DNA of 64,000 nucleotides. Source: Deltaproteobacteria bacterium (lineage in GTDB: Bacteria; Myxococcota; Kuafuiibacteriia; Kuafuiibacteriales; Kuafuiibacteriaceae). Of the stretch, positions 23,283-33,716 are shown one piece after another. Both the position numbers and the translations under genes were made by a program. The first letter of the stretch is position 1, and each line of letters opens with the position of its first letter. The stretch spans positions 32,001-96,000 of the forward strand of contig JAVJQW010000061.1 of the NCBI GenBank assembly GCA_040218735.1. Reading direction: 5' to 3'. Under the pieces are notes generated by a model. That model was not told the origin of the DNA and searched no databases. It saw only the letters and a program-made list of their open reading frames with translations.

Positions 23283-24100
23283 TCAGCGCCCGACGATGCT
23301 CACGCTCTCGATGCTCGAGTCGAAGGGGTCGTTCGGCCGGGTGCCGAAGTACACACCCGCCCCGGCCCCCGCGAGCACCACGACGGCCGCGACGCCCCAG
23401 AACCACGGCGAGCTCAGGACGCCGCCCTCCTCCTCGGCGGGAGGCGTGGTCGCGGCGGTGACGTCGGTCGCGGCGGTCGCGCCGCTCGGCGGAGGAGCGG
23501 AGGTCACGGCCGGGAGCGCCGCGACCTCGGGTGGAGGCACCGCGATCGTCACGACCTGCGATTGCCCCGCGGAGAGCCGCAGCGACTCCTGCGCGATCGC
23601 CTGACCGCCGCGCAGGACACGCACCACGAGCTGCCCCGGGTTGGAGGGGATCGACTCGCCGAGGACGGCCTGCGCGATCTCGCGGTCGTCGATCATCAGG
23701 ACGTCGTCGGCGACGATCCCTTCGGCGCGCACGACGACGTAGGCGATCTTGCTCCGGAGCGCGACGCGACGCTTGGCCGCGGCCTCCCGGAACCGGTCGT
23801 TCTCCCCCTCCACCGACTCACGGAGGAAGATGCGGTAGGCGCGGTCCGCCTCGACGAACTGCCCCGTCTTCTCCTGCGCCGCGGCGAGGTTGTAGAGCGT
23901 CAGGGGGATCGGCTGGATTTCGTAGGCGCGCTGGAAACGATCCCGCGCCGTCACCCAGTCGCGTGACTTTGCCGCTTCGATCCCTTCGCCGACGAGGCGC
24001 CGGGCGAGCTCTTCGGTGGCGACCTGAGCTTCGGCGGTGTGGAGCCAACAGAGCTGGACGGCCACCACCAGCGCCGCCCGAACGGAGAGTTTCGTCATCA

Positions 24101-24104
<4 letters not shown>
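23283..24104 (-). CDS. TPR protein with PEGA-like domain and C-terminal TM helix
   Basis: Signal peptide (AEA); TPR motif FQRAYEI...LYNLAAAQE; WFWGVAAVVV TM segment. Confidence 0.8.
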
Positions 24105-25732
<1,628 letters not shown>

Positions 25733-25826
25733 GATGGGGAGTGAGGGTTCGATGCGTGCATCAGAACACGAATCCAGAGCCCATTTGAACCGCTCGGTTG
25801 CGTAGCGCCGTTGGACCTACCCGCCC

Positions 25827-26786
25827 CTACGACGTCCCCGAAGCGATCGAGGTCGCGGCGAGGATCAGCCGGCGCGTGTCGAGTTGGACGACCTGGACGG
25901 CGTCCCCCGGAGCCTCGGGGACGAACGTCAACCTGCCTTGCGCCCACGTCGACATCTCGGCGAGGCCGCGCGCGCACCACGCTTCGACGTCGTCCTGGAG
26001 GTCGCGCAAGCTGACTTGTCCGGACTCGAGGAGCCCAGACTGCAGGGATTCGACGGAGCCCGCCTCGGGGGACACGCCATACCGCGCGGCCAAATGGTCG
26101 ATCAGCGTGCTGTGGCCGTCGATCCGAAGCTCGATGACGCAACCTTCCAAGATCTGAACTTCGCCGCGCCGCGTCGAATCCACGACGCGCAACCGACCCG
26201 TGCTCCGCCGCGCCGAGAACAGCTCGAGCGCCTCCGTCACGCGCAGCCAGTCGAGGTCCGAGGCGAAGTCCGGCTGCGACGCGCGCGGCTCGACGTCCGC
26301 CTCCAGCATCGACACGAGGGAGTGGATCGTCTGGGCGCGCTCCGGGGTTCGGAGCGCTTCGAGTCGACGACGCGCGACCTCCGGATCCGCCTTGGGGTCC
26401 AAGCCGGCGGCGATCGAACGTCGGACCTCGGTCGCGGTCGCGCCGAACTTCGCGGCGAGCCGCAGGGCTACGTCGGCCTCCTCGACGCGACCGTTCGCCA
26501 ACGACGCACGCGCGAAGAGCAGGCGGAGCTCCGCGCGCTTCGGCGCGTTGGCGATCGCGCGCTCCAGGTGCGGCACCGCCGTCACGGGGTCGCCGAGCAC
26601 GACATAGACCTCTCCGATCGTCGCGTGGTCGGGCGCGCCGCTCGGCACGCGATGACCGACCTCCCGCAGATACATCAGCGCGGGCTGACGTCGGCCGGCG
26701 CGCGCGTGCAGGAGCGCGAGCGCGACGAAGGACGCGTAGTCGTCCGGGTTCGTCCAGATCGCGGCTTGGAGCTGCTCGACGTTCAT
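25827..26786 (-). CDS. TPR + DUF4388-like domain protein
   Basis: N-terminal TPRs; C-terminal DL.WL....L.....RSTGRLRV...G.V....G...W.QG.LTF pattern of DUF4388. Confidence 0.7.
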   Translation of the reverse strand: MNVEQLQAAIWTNPDDYASFVALALLHARAGRRQPALMYLREVGHRVPSGAPDHATIGEVYVVLGDPVTAVPHLERAIANAPKRAELRLLFARASLANGRVEEADVALRLAAKFGATATEVRRSIAAGLDPKADPEVARRRLEALRTPERAQTIHSLVSMLEADVEPRASQPDFASDLDWLRVTEALELFSARRSTGRLRVVDSTRRGEVQILEGCVIELRIDGHSTLIDHLAARYGVSPEAGSVESLQSGLLESGQVSLRDLQDDVEAWCARGLAEMSTWAQGRLTFVPEAPGDAVQVVQLDTRRLILAATSIASGTS

Positions 26787-26790
26787 TCGA

Positions 26791-27885
26791 TCACCCCATC
26801 GCCCCGAGGATGCGCACCAGCGCGATCAAGCTGATGGTCGAGAACAACACCAACATCCCGAGCAACAACGGCCGACGCCACCGCGGCGGCGACGGCGGCG
26901 CGGGCGCGACCCACGAGCTGCTCACGGACGGGGCCGGCACCGGCTGCGGCGGCGCGATCAGCGGCCTCGCCTCCCCGGTCATCACCTCGAGCTCCGCGCG
27001 GTGGCGTTCCTCCGTCGCGTCGTCGCGGTTCGCCTCCATCCACGCTGCGACCTGGCGCTCGCCGACGTTCAAACACACGGTACGGAGCGCCGCTTCGATC
27101 GCGTCACGCAGCGCGCCTGCGCTCGCCGTGCGCCGCGCGGGATCACGTTGCAGGGCGTCGGCGACCACCGCGTCCAGCGCCGGCGGGACGGAGGCGTCGA
27201 CCGCGCTCGGCGGCGGGACGGTCATCGCGAGCACCGACTTCATCACGTCCGCCGGGCTGCTCCCGGTGTGCAGGCGCCGCCCCGCGAGCAGCTCCCAGAG
27301 GAGCACGCCGAGCGTGAAGACGTCGGAGCGTTCGTCGTACTGCTCGTGTTCGAGGGTCTCCGGCGGCGCGTACGCGAAGCGCTGGCGGCGGGTGCCCGGT
27401 CGTGTGAACGCGTCGTCGACGTACGCGGCGGCGACGCCGAAGTCCGCGACCCGAGTGTGGCCGTCCTCGGTGACGAACACGTTGCTGGGGCGGAGGTCGA
27501 GGTGCAGGAGCCCGACGTCGTGCGCCGCCTGAACCGCCGACGCCGCCTCCGCGACGATCCGCGCCGCGACCCCGACGGGCACGCGCGCCCGACCATCGAT
27601 CATCGCGTGGAGCTGAACGCCGCGCTGATGGGCGTGCACGACCTTGACGGTGTCGGGCGACACGACGACGTCGAGGATCGGGACGACGTTTTCGTGGACC
27701 ACGCTCCGGGCGAGCTCCACGCGCTCGCGGTAGACCTCGACGAAGCGCTCGCTCGATCGCACGTGCGGGAGCAGCCGCTTCAGGACCACGAGCGTGGGCT
27801 CTTCTTCGGGCGACTCACGCCGCGCCAGGATCACCTCGGCGACACCGGTCAGCGCGAGTCGGTGAGGGTTGAGGTACGTCCGCAA
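26791..27885 (-). CDS. Ser/Thr kinase-like protein with degenerate Gly loop, C-terminal TM
   Basis: VVLK, HLDLRPSN, DFG, YAPPE, DVFTLG; no GxGxxG. Confidence 0.82.
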   Translation of the reverse strand: MRTYLNPHRLALTGVAEVILARRESPEEEPTLVVLKRLLPHVRSSERFVEVYRERVELARSVVHENVVPILDVVVSPDTVKVVHAHQRGVQLHAMIDGRARVPVGVAARIVAEAASAVQAAHDVGLLHLDLRPSNVFVTEDGHTRVADFGVAAAYVDDAFTRPGTRRQRFAYAPPETLEHEQYDERSDVFTLGVLLWELLAGRRLHTGSSPADVMKSVLAMTVPPPSAVDASVPPALDAVVADALQRDPARRTASAGALRDAIEAALRTVCLNVGERQVAAWMEANRDDATEERHRAELEVMTGEARPLIAPPQPVPAPSVSSSWVAPAPPSPPRWRRPLLLGMLVLFSTISLIALVRILGAMG

Positions 27886-27978
27886 GCGCGGCGAGTCTGC
27901 CCGCGCGACCCCGAACGTGTCGAGGTCGGGCGAAACCGTGCTTGGTCCCGGCGGCCTTCGCGCTTACAACGCGTCCCG

Positions 27979-28347
27979 ATGTCCAAGCTGATGATCGCGG
28001 CCGGCGCCGCGTCCGCCTTCGTCTCCGTCGCCGCGGGCGCGTTCGGCGCTCACGCCCTGAAGGCCCGCCTCGAGCCGGACCTCCTCGCCGTCTTCGAGAC
28101 CGGCGCCCGGTACCAGATGTACCACGCGCTCGCGCTGGTCCTGATCGGGTTGGTCGGTCTGCAGGTGCGATCCGGCCTCCTCACGGCCTCCGGGTACGCG
28201 ATGATCGCCGGGACGGTCCTCTTCTCCGGCTCGCTCTACGTGCTGGCCCTGTCCGGCGTGCGCTGGCTCGGGGCGATCACCCCTCTCGGCGGCCTCGCGT
28301 TCCTCGCCGGCTGGATCCTCCTGCTCGTCGCGGCCGTTCGCAGCTAA
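27979..28347 (+). CDS. DUF423 (YgdD/TMEM256) membrane protein
   Basis: GAFGAHAL, ETGARYQMYHAL, FSGSLY, GAITPLGG. Confidence 0.92.
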   Translation: MSKLMIAAGAASAFVSVAAGAFGAHALKARLEPDLLAVFETGARYQMYHALALVLIGLVGLQVRSGLLTASGYAMIAGTVLFSGSLYVLALSGVRWLGAITPLGGLAFLAGWILLLVAAVRS

Positions 28348-29108
28348 CCGCGCGCGATGGAGACGCCGCCGTCCGCGAGCAGCGCGACGCCGGTGACGAA
28401 GCTCGCCTCGTCCGACAGCAGGTGCAGCGCGGACCACGCGATCTCCTCGGGCGCCGCGAGCCGCTTCAACGCGTGCAGGCCCGCGACGTACTGACGCGCC
28501 TCGGGCGTGCTCGCGACGGTGCGACCCATCGGCGTGTCGGTCCCGCCGGGGAGCAGCGCGTTCACACGCACGCCCGACGCCCCCAGCTCGGCCGCGAGGC
28601 TCTTCGTCAGCCCGATCAGCCCGGCCTTGCTCGCCGCGTACGGGCCCATGTTCGGCATCCCGACGGTGTGACCGACGAACGTCGACGTGAACACGATCGA
28701 CCCGCGCCCGCGCGCGACCATCGCCGGCACCTGGTGCTTCGCCGCGAAGAAGGCGCTCGTGAGGTTCACGCGGAGTGTCTCCTCCCAGCCCGCCGCGTCG
28801 ATCTCGACCAGCGGCCCCATCGCCCCGAGCGTCCCGGCGTTGTCGAACGCGACGTCCAGCCCGCCGTACTTCTCCACCGCGGTCGACACGAGCGCCTGCG
28901 CGTAGGCCTCGTCCTGCACGTCACCGGCGAGCGCCGTCGCCTCGCCACCTTCGGCGGCGATCGCCGCCACCACCTCGTCCAACACCGCCGCGCGCCGCGC
29001 GCCGAGGACCAGCCGTGCCCCCTCCCGCGCGAGCTGCCGCGCGGCGGCCTCTCCGATGCCGGAGCTCGCTCCGGTCACGATGCCCACCTTGCCTTCGAAA
29101 CGTTTCAT
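28344..29108 (-). CDS. SDR family oxidoreductase
   Basis: TGASSGIG, DNAG, YAASK, PGGTDT; AAAGGAG RBS before ATG 29108. Confidence 0.92.
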   Translation of the reverse strand: MKRFEGKVGIVTGASSGIGEAAARQLAREGARLVLGARRAAVLDEVVAAIAAEGGEATALAGDVQDEAYAQALVSTAVEKYGGLDVAFDNAGTLGAMGPLVEIDAAGWEETLRVNLTSAFFAAKHQVPAMVARGRGSIVFTSTFVGHTVGMPNMGPYAASKAGLIGLTKSLAAELGASGVRVNALLPGGTDTPMGRTVASTPEARQYVAGLHALKRLAAPEEIAWSALHLLSDEASFVTGVALLADGGVSIARG

Positions 29109-29254
29109 CGTCTCTCCTTTCATGCTCGAAGGCGTAGCGCGACGGTCCTCGGGCCTGCGCTCCGGTTCTCGCCATCGAATCGAAAACGGCGCGCGTTGGA
29201 TTCGATCGCAAGACCCGGAGTGTTCGATCCCCGCGCGCGCACCAGGGTGTGCCC

Positions 29255-30298
29255 ATGAGCTCCACCGAAGACGACCCCCGCTGGACCGCCGTCATGCAGC
29301 GCGACGTCAGCGCCGATGGCACCTTCTTCTATTCGGTCGCGACGACCGGCGTGTACTGCCGCCCCTCCTGCGCGTCGCGCCGCGCGAACCCGAAGAACGT
29401 CGCGTTCCACACGACCACCGCCGATGCGGAGCACGCGGGCTTCCGCCCGTGCCGTCGATGTGAGCCGCACCTGCAGCCGAAGGCGCAGCGCCAGGCCGCG
29501 ATGGTCGAAGCGCTCTGCCGATTCATCGAGTCGGCCGAGACCCCGCCGTCGCTCGAAGCCCTCGCCGCGCGCGTCGAGCTGAGCCCCCATCACCTGCATC
29601 GTGTCTTCAAGGCCGTCACCGGCGTGACGCCCAAGGCGTACGCGAAGGCGCACCGCGCCGGTCGTGTGCGCGACGCGCTGCGCACGAGCGGCTCCGTCAC
29701 CGACGCGATCTACGACGCCGGCTTCAACGCCTCCTCGCGCTTCTACGAGAGCGAAGCGCTCGGCATGACGCCCACCGCGTTCCGCGCGGGAGGCGCCGAC
29801 GAGACGATCCGCTACGCCGTCGGCGCCTGCTCGCTCGGCGCGATCCTCGTCGCGGCGACCGACCGCGGCGTGTGCTCGGTCCTCCTCGGCGACGACCCCG
29901 ACGCGCTCGCGCGTGATCTCGCCGCGCGTTTTCCACGCGCTCAGCTCACGCCGGGCGACGACGACTTCCGCGCGCTCGTCACCCGCGTCGTCGCGCTCGT
30001 CGAAGCGCCGGCCTCCTCCACCCTCCCGCTCGACATCCGCGGCACCGCGTTCCAGCAGAAGGTCTGGACCGCGCTCACGCGCATCCCCGTCGGCGCGACA
30101 CGAACCTACGCGGAGGTGGCGGCGGCGATCGGAGCGCCCAAGTCGGCGCGCGCCGTCGCGGCCGCCTGCGCTGCAAATCCGCTCGCCGTGCTCGTCCCTT
30201 GTCACCGCGTCGTGCGCGCGGACGGCAGCCTGTCCGGCTACCGCTGGGGCGTCGAACGCAAACGCACACTCATCGATCGCGAGCGCTCACAGACGTGA
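29255..30298 (+). CDS. ada: Bifunctional transcriptional activator / O6-methylguanine-DNA methyltransferase Ada
   Basis: GVYCRPSC...FRPCRRC Zn domain, AraC HTH, GTAFQQKVW, active site PCHRV. Confidence 0.95.
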   Translation: MSSTEDDPRWTAVMQRDVSADGTFFYSVATTGVYCRPSCASRRANPKNVAFHTTTADAEHAGFRPCRRCEPHLQPKAQRQAAMVEALCRFIESAETPPSLEALAARVELSPHHLHRVFKAVTGVTPKAYAKAHRAGRVRDALRTSGSVTDAIYDAGFNASSRFYESEALGMTPTAFRAGGADETIRYAVGACSLGAILVAATDRGVCSVLLGDDPDALARDLAARFPRAQLTPGDDDFRALVTRVVALVEAPASSTLPLDIRGTAFQQKVWTALTRIPVGATRTYAEVAAAIGAPKSARAVAAACAANPLAVLVPCHRVVRADGSLSGYRWGVERKRTLIDRERSQT

Positions 30299-31150
30299 CA
30301 AACGCGACGCGTCGGCCTGGATGAAGATCCCACGCACGCGACCGTCCGCCACCGACACCGTCAACGCCGTCGTCGGTACGCCGTCCACCATCAGCACGAC
30401 CCCGGGTCGCCCGTTGAGCTCCTGCTCGCGAACCTCGGCGCCCTCCGCGCCCTGCGCGGTGACCGCCGCGACGAACGCCGCGACCTTCTTCACGCCGATC
30501 AGCGGCCCCGGCAGGTTTCGGACACGGCCGTAGCGTCCGCCGTCCGGTCCGGCGTCGGCGACGAGGACCACGTCCTCCGCGAGCAGCGATGAGAGCGCTT
30601 CGACGTCCCCTCGCGTCGCCGCCGCGACGAAGGCACCGAGCAACCGGCGGTGCTCCTCCGTCGAGACGACCAACGCCCGGCGCTCCTCGGCGACGTGCAC
30701 CCGCGCGCGCTCCAACAGCTTGCGGCTCGCCGGCGCGGACTTGCCGAGCAGCACCGCGATCTCGGCGTGTGAGAAGTCGAAGACGTCGTGCAGCAGCAGC
30801 ACCGCGCGCTCCGCCGCGGTCAGCCGCTGGAGCAAGACGAGGAACGCCATCGAGAGCTGATCGATCGCCTCCACGTGCATCAGCCCGTTGGCCTCCAGGC
30901 TCAGCGGCTCCGGGAGCTGGTCCGCCCGGGTCTCCCGACGCACCCGCGCGGAGTCCAGCTCGTTGAGGCACAACCGCGCGACGGTGCGGAGCAGGTACGA
31001 CTTCGGCGCGTCGACCTCCACGTCGCGACGCGACCACCGTAGCCACGCGTCCTGCACGAGGTCCTCCGCGCGCGCGAAGTCGCCGAGCATCCGGTACGCG
31101 AGCGCGAGGAGGGACGGCCGGTGGTCCTCGAAGATCTGCGCGTCGGTCAC
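30287..31150 (-). CDS. sigJ: ECF sigma factor, ECF41/SigJ type with SnoaL-like extension
   Basis: LAYRMLG...AEDLVQDAW, QLPEP, ERAVLLLHDVFDF, C-terminal LAEDVVLVAD...NGRPG. Confidence 0.85.
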   Translation of the reverse strand: MTDAQIFEDHRPSLLALAYRMLGDFARAEDLVQDAWLRWSRRDVEVDAPKSYLLRTVARLCLNELDSARVRRETRADQLPEPLSLEANGLMHVEAIDQLSMAFLVLLQRLTAAERAVLLLHDVFDFSHAEIAVLLGKSAPASRKLLERARVHVAEERRALVVSTEEHRRLLGAFVAAATRGDVEALSSLLAEDVVLVADAGPDGGRYGRVRNLPGPLIGVKKVAAFVAAVTAQGAEGAEVREQELNGRPGVVLMVDGVPTTALTVSVADGRVRGIFIQADASRLSRL

Positions 31151-32019
31151 GCCGCCTCCCGCCGGTTCACTTCCGTCTCCATCCACGTGTGCACCGCGTC
31201 CGCCACCGCCGCACCCGACGCGAGGATCGGGAAGTGCTCCTCCTTCGGGACGATGTGCACCGTGTGTCGCGGCAACAGCCGCCGGTAGGAACGCACCGCG
31301 CCGATCAGTCGCATCGGATCGAACGCACCGTACAGCAACAGCGCCGGGGTGTCGGCCAGGTGGGCACGGACGGCGTCCGCCGTCGCGTGCATGAACTCGG
31401 TGTCGCGACCCATCTGCGTCATCAGATCGAGCGGGCGCTCGCGTTGCGCGGAGGTCTCGAACGCATCGAGGAGGACGCGACGCTCCGCCGTGGAGAACCG
31501 CGCGAGGAGCGGCGCGACGGTGACCACCATCCAGGGGATCAGGTTGAACCGGCGCGACAACCAGCGCACGGGCGCCGAGCCGATCCCGTACGCGAGGAAC
31601 ATCCGCACGAACCACGCGAGGCCGGTCATCGGGAGCGGCGCGGTGTCGGCGACCACCACGCCCGCGACTTCGGTGCGGGTCGCGGCCGCGAGGCCGAAGC
31701 TCCCGCTCGCGTCGTTCACGAAGAGCACGTGACGACCGATGCCGACCGCGCGGGTGAAGCGCTCGACGAAGTCCGCGTAGTCCGCGAGCCGCCCGCCGAA
31801 CCCGGGCCAGGTCGGCGTCCCTCCGAAGCCCGGCAGGTCGGGCGCGACGACGCGGTGGTGTCGACCGAGGCGGCGCACGACGCGGACGAAGCCGAGCGAC
31901 GTGAGCGGCGCGCCGTGGAGGAGGAGCACGGGCGGCCCTTCACCCTGGTCCAAGTAGGCGACGGGGTGGCCGTCGACGTCGATCGAGTGGACCTTCAGGC
32001 CCAGCGGGTCGAGCTGCAT
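31147..32019 (-). CDS. Alpha/beta hydrolase (epoxide hydrolase/haloalkane dehalogenase-like)
   Basis: LLLHGAP, APDLPGFG, Asp at the nucleophile elbow (VNDASG), C-terminal HFP. Confidence 0.85.
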   Translation of the reverse strand: MQLDPLGLKVHSIDVDGHPVAYLDQGEGPPVLLLHGAPLTSLGFVRVVRRLGRHHRVVAPDLPGFGGTPTWPGFGGRLADYADFVERFTRAVGIGRHVLFVNDASGSFGLAAATRTEVAGVVVADTAPLPMTGLAWFVRMFLAYGIGSAPVRWLSRRFNLIPWMVVTVAPLLARFSTAERRVLLDAFETSAQRERPLDLMTQMGRDTEFMHATADAVRAHLADTPALLLYGAFDPMRLIGAVRSYRRLLPRHTVHIVPKEEHFPILASGAAVADAVHTWMETEVNRREAA

Positions 32020-32028
32020 CACCCTCCC

Positions 32029-32055
32029 GACCGGGTAGCGCGGCGAAACGTGACG
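32029..32055 (-). promoter_or_regulatory. Putative ECF41-dependent promoter
   Basis: CGTCACG-N16-GGTC on the minus strand, resembling the ECF41 consensus TGTCACA-N16-CGTC, directly upstream of the hydrolase-sigJ operon. Confidence 0.5.
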
Positions 32056-32060
32056 CGCGG

Positions 32061-33677
32061 CTACTTCTTCTTCTTCTTCGGCTTGAAGAAGATCCCCGTC
32101 GGCTCCGGATCCACGCGGCCGCCCGCGAGATCACCATCGGGCGCGGGCAGCGTGAAGGCCTCCAGGACCGGCTCGAGGTCGCCGTCCATCGTCTGCGAGT
32201 CCGAAGGGTCGTCCAGCAGATCCGGCAGGTGCAGATCGTCGTCGTCGTCCTCCGTCGACGCGTCTTCCACCTGCATCGCGTGGGCGAAGACCTCCGCGGG
32301 ATCCTGCACGTCGTCGATGTCCTCCAGGACGAGCTCCAGCGCATCGTCGTCGTCGTCGTGCGCGGCCTCGGCCTCCGCGAGCGCGAGCTGGAGCGCGTCG
32401 TCGTCCGACCACGCTTCGGGGGCGTGCTCCGTCTCGGCCTCCACGAGCGCCACGTGCAGGACGTCGGCGTCGAGGAGGCTCGCCGTCGCTTCGACCTCGT
32501 GGATCTCGGTGGGCGGCTGCGGCTCGTCCGGCTCCCGCTTCGGCGCGCGCAGCTCGATCCGCGCCTTCGCGGGGCGCGCGGCCTGCGGCTTCATCGGCGT
32601 CTGCACGTGCATCACGCCGGGTTTGATCGTCGCGAGGAACGCCGCCTCGTCGTAGCCGCCCTGCGCATCGCTGAAGACGTGCCGCCGCTTCGCCGGCTCG
32701 GCGTCGAACGCGCGACACACGTCGCCCTCGTCGTACTCGCCGTGCACCAACGCATCGAGCACCCGTGCGCGCAGCTCGATCCGGTTGCCGAACGTCCGCC
32801 GCATCAGCTCCTTCACCGTCTTGCGCGTGGGTTTGCGGACCAGCGTGTCGATGTAGTCGACGAGCGCCGTCCCGAAGTCCGCCGCCGACTTGAAACGATC
32901 CTTGGGCTCCACCGTCAGCGCCTTCGCGCAGATCCGATCGAGGTCCGGGTGGGCGTCGGGTTGCACGTCCTTCAGCCGCGGGTGCCCGTCGAGCTTCGCG
33001 ATCGCGAGCGCGTCGAGCCCCCCGCCGCTCGGCGGTTTCCGCGCGAGCGCTTCGAACAGCACCTCGGCGAGCGAGTAGATGTCCGTGCGCCGGTCGAGCT
33101 CCTTCCCGAGCAGCTGCTCGGGTGACATGTACTTGAAGCTGCCCTTGATGAAGCCGGTCTCGGTGGCGTCGTGCACGATGCGCGACTTGCCGGTACCGAA
33201 GTCGAGGATGCGCGGCCGGCCGTCGTCGCCGAGCATCAGGTTCGTGGTCGAGATGCCGCGGTGGACGATGTCGTAGGGACCGCCGCTCCCGGAGAGCTCG
33301 TGCGCGTAGTTCAGGCCGACGCACAGCTCCGCGATCACGCCGACCACCTCGCTGGCGGGCAGGCGCCACTCGGACGCCTCGAGCAGTCTCGCGAACGTCT
33401 CGCCGGGGTAGAACTGCGTCGAGATCCAGCAGATGCCTTCGTGCGCGCCCCACTCTTCGACGGCGACACATGACGGGTGCTCCAGGCGCGTGGCGATCTG
33501 CGCTTCGTTACTGAACGTGCGCCGCGCCTCCTTCTTCGCGCTCAGCTCCGCGAGCAGCGTCTCGACGATGACCGGACGCGGCCCGTCGTCCGTCGCGACG
33601 AGCGCGAGGAACCGCTGCGTCGTCGGGCGCACCGCCACCCGGACGAGCATCTGAAACGGGCCGAAGGTGAACGGCAC
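32061..33677 (-). CDS. Ser/Thr pseudokinase with acidic C-terminal tail
   Basis: Kinase fold (DFG, YMSPEQ, DIYSL), but VAxK is replaced by VIVE and HRD by HRG. Confidence 0.8.
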   Translation of the reverse strand: MPFTFGPFQMLVRVAVRPTTQRFLALVATDDGPRPVIVETLLAELSAKKEARRTFSNEAQIATRLEHPSCVAVEEWGAHEGICWISTQFYPGETFARLLEASEWRLPASEVVGVIAELCVGLNYAHELSGSGGPYDIVHRGISTTNLMLGDDGRPRILDFGTGKSRIVHDATETGFIKGSFKYMSPEQLLGKELDRRTDIYSLAEVLFEALARKPPSGGGLDALAIAKLDGHPRLKDVQPDAHPDLDRICAKALTVEPKDRFKSAADFGTALVDYIDTLVRKPTRKTVKELMRRTFGNRIELRARVLDALVHGEYDEGDVCRAFDAEPAKRRHVFSDAQGGYDEAAFLATIKPGVMHVQTPMKPQAARPAKARIELRAPKREPDEPQPPTEIHEVEATASLLDADVLHVALVEAETEHAPEAWSDDDALQLALAEAEAAHDDDDDALELVLEDIDDVQDPAEVFAHAMQVEDASTEDDDDDLHLPDLLDDPSDSQTMDGDLEPVLEAFTLPAPDGDLAGGRVDPEPTGIFFKPKKKKK

Positions 33678-33716
33678 GGGCGCATCCTACCGCGCATCCG
33701 GGGGAGGCGTCGTGTT

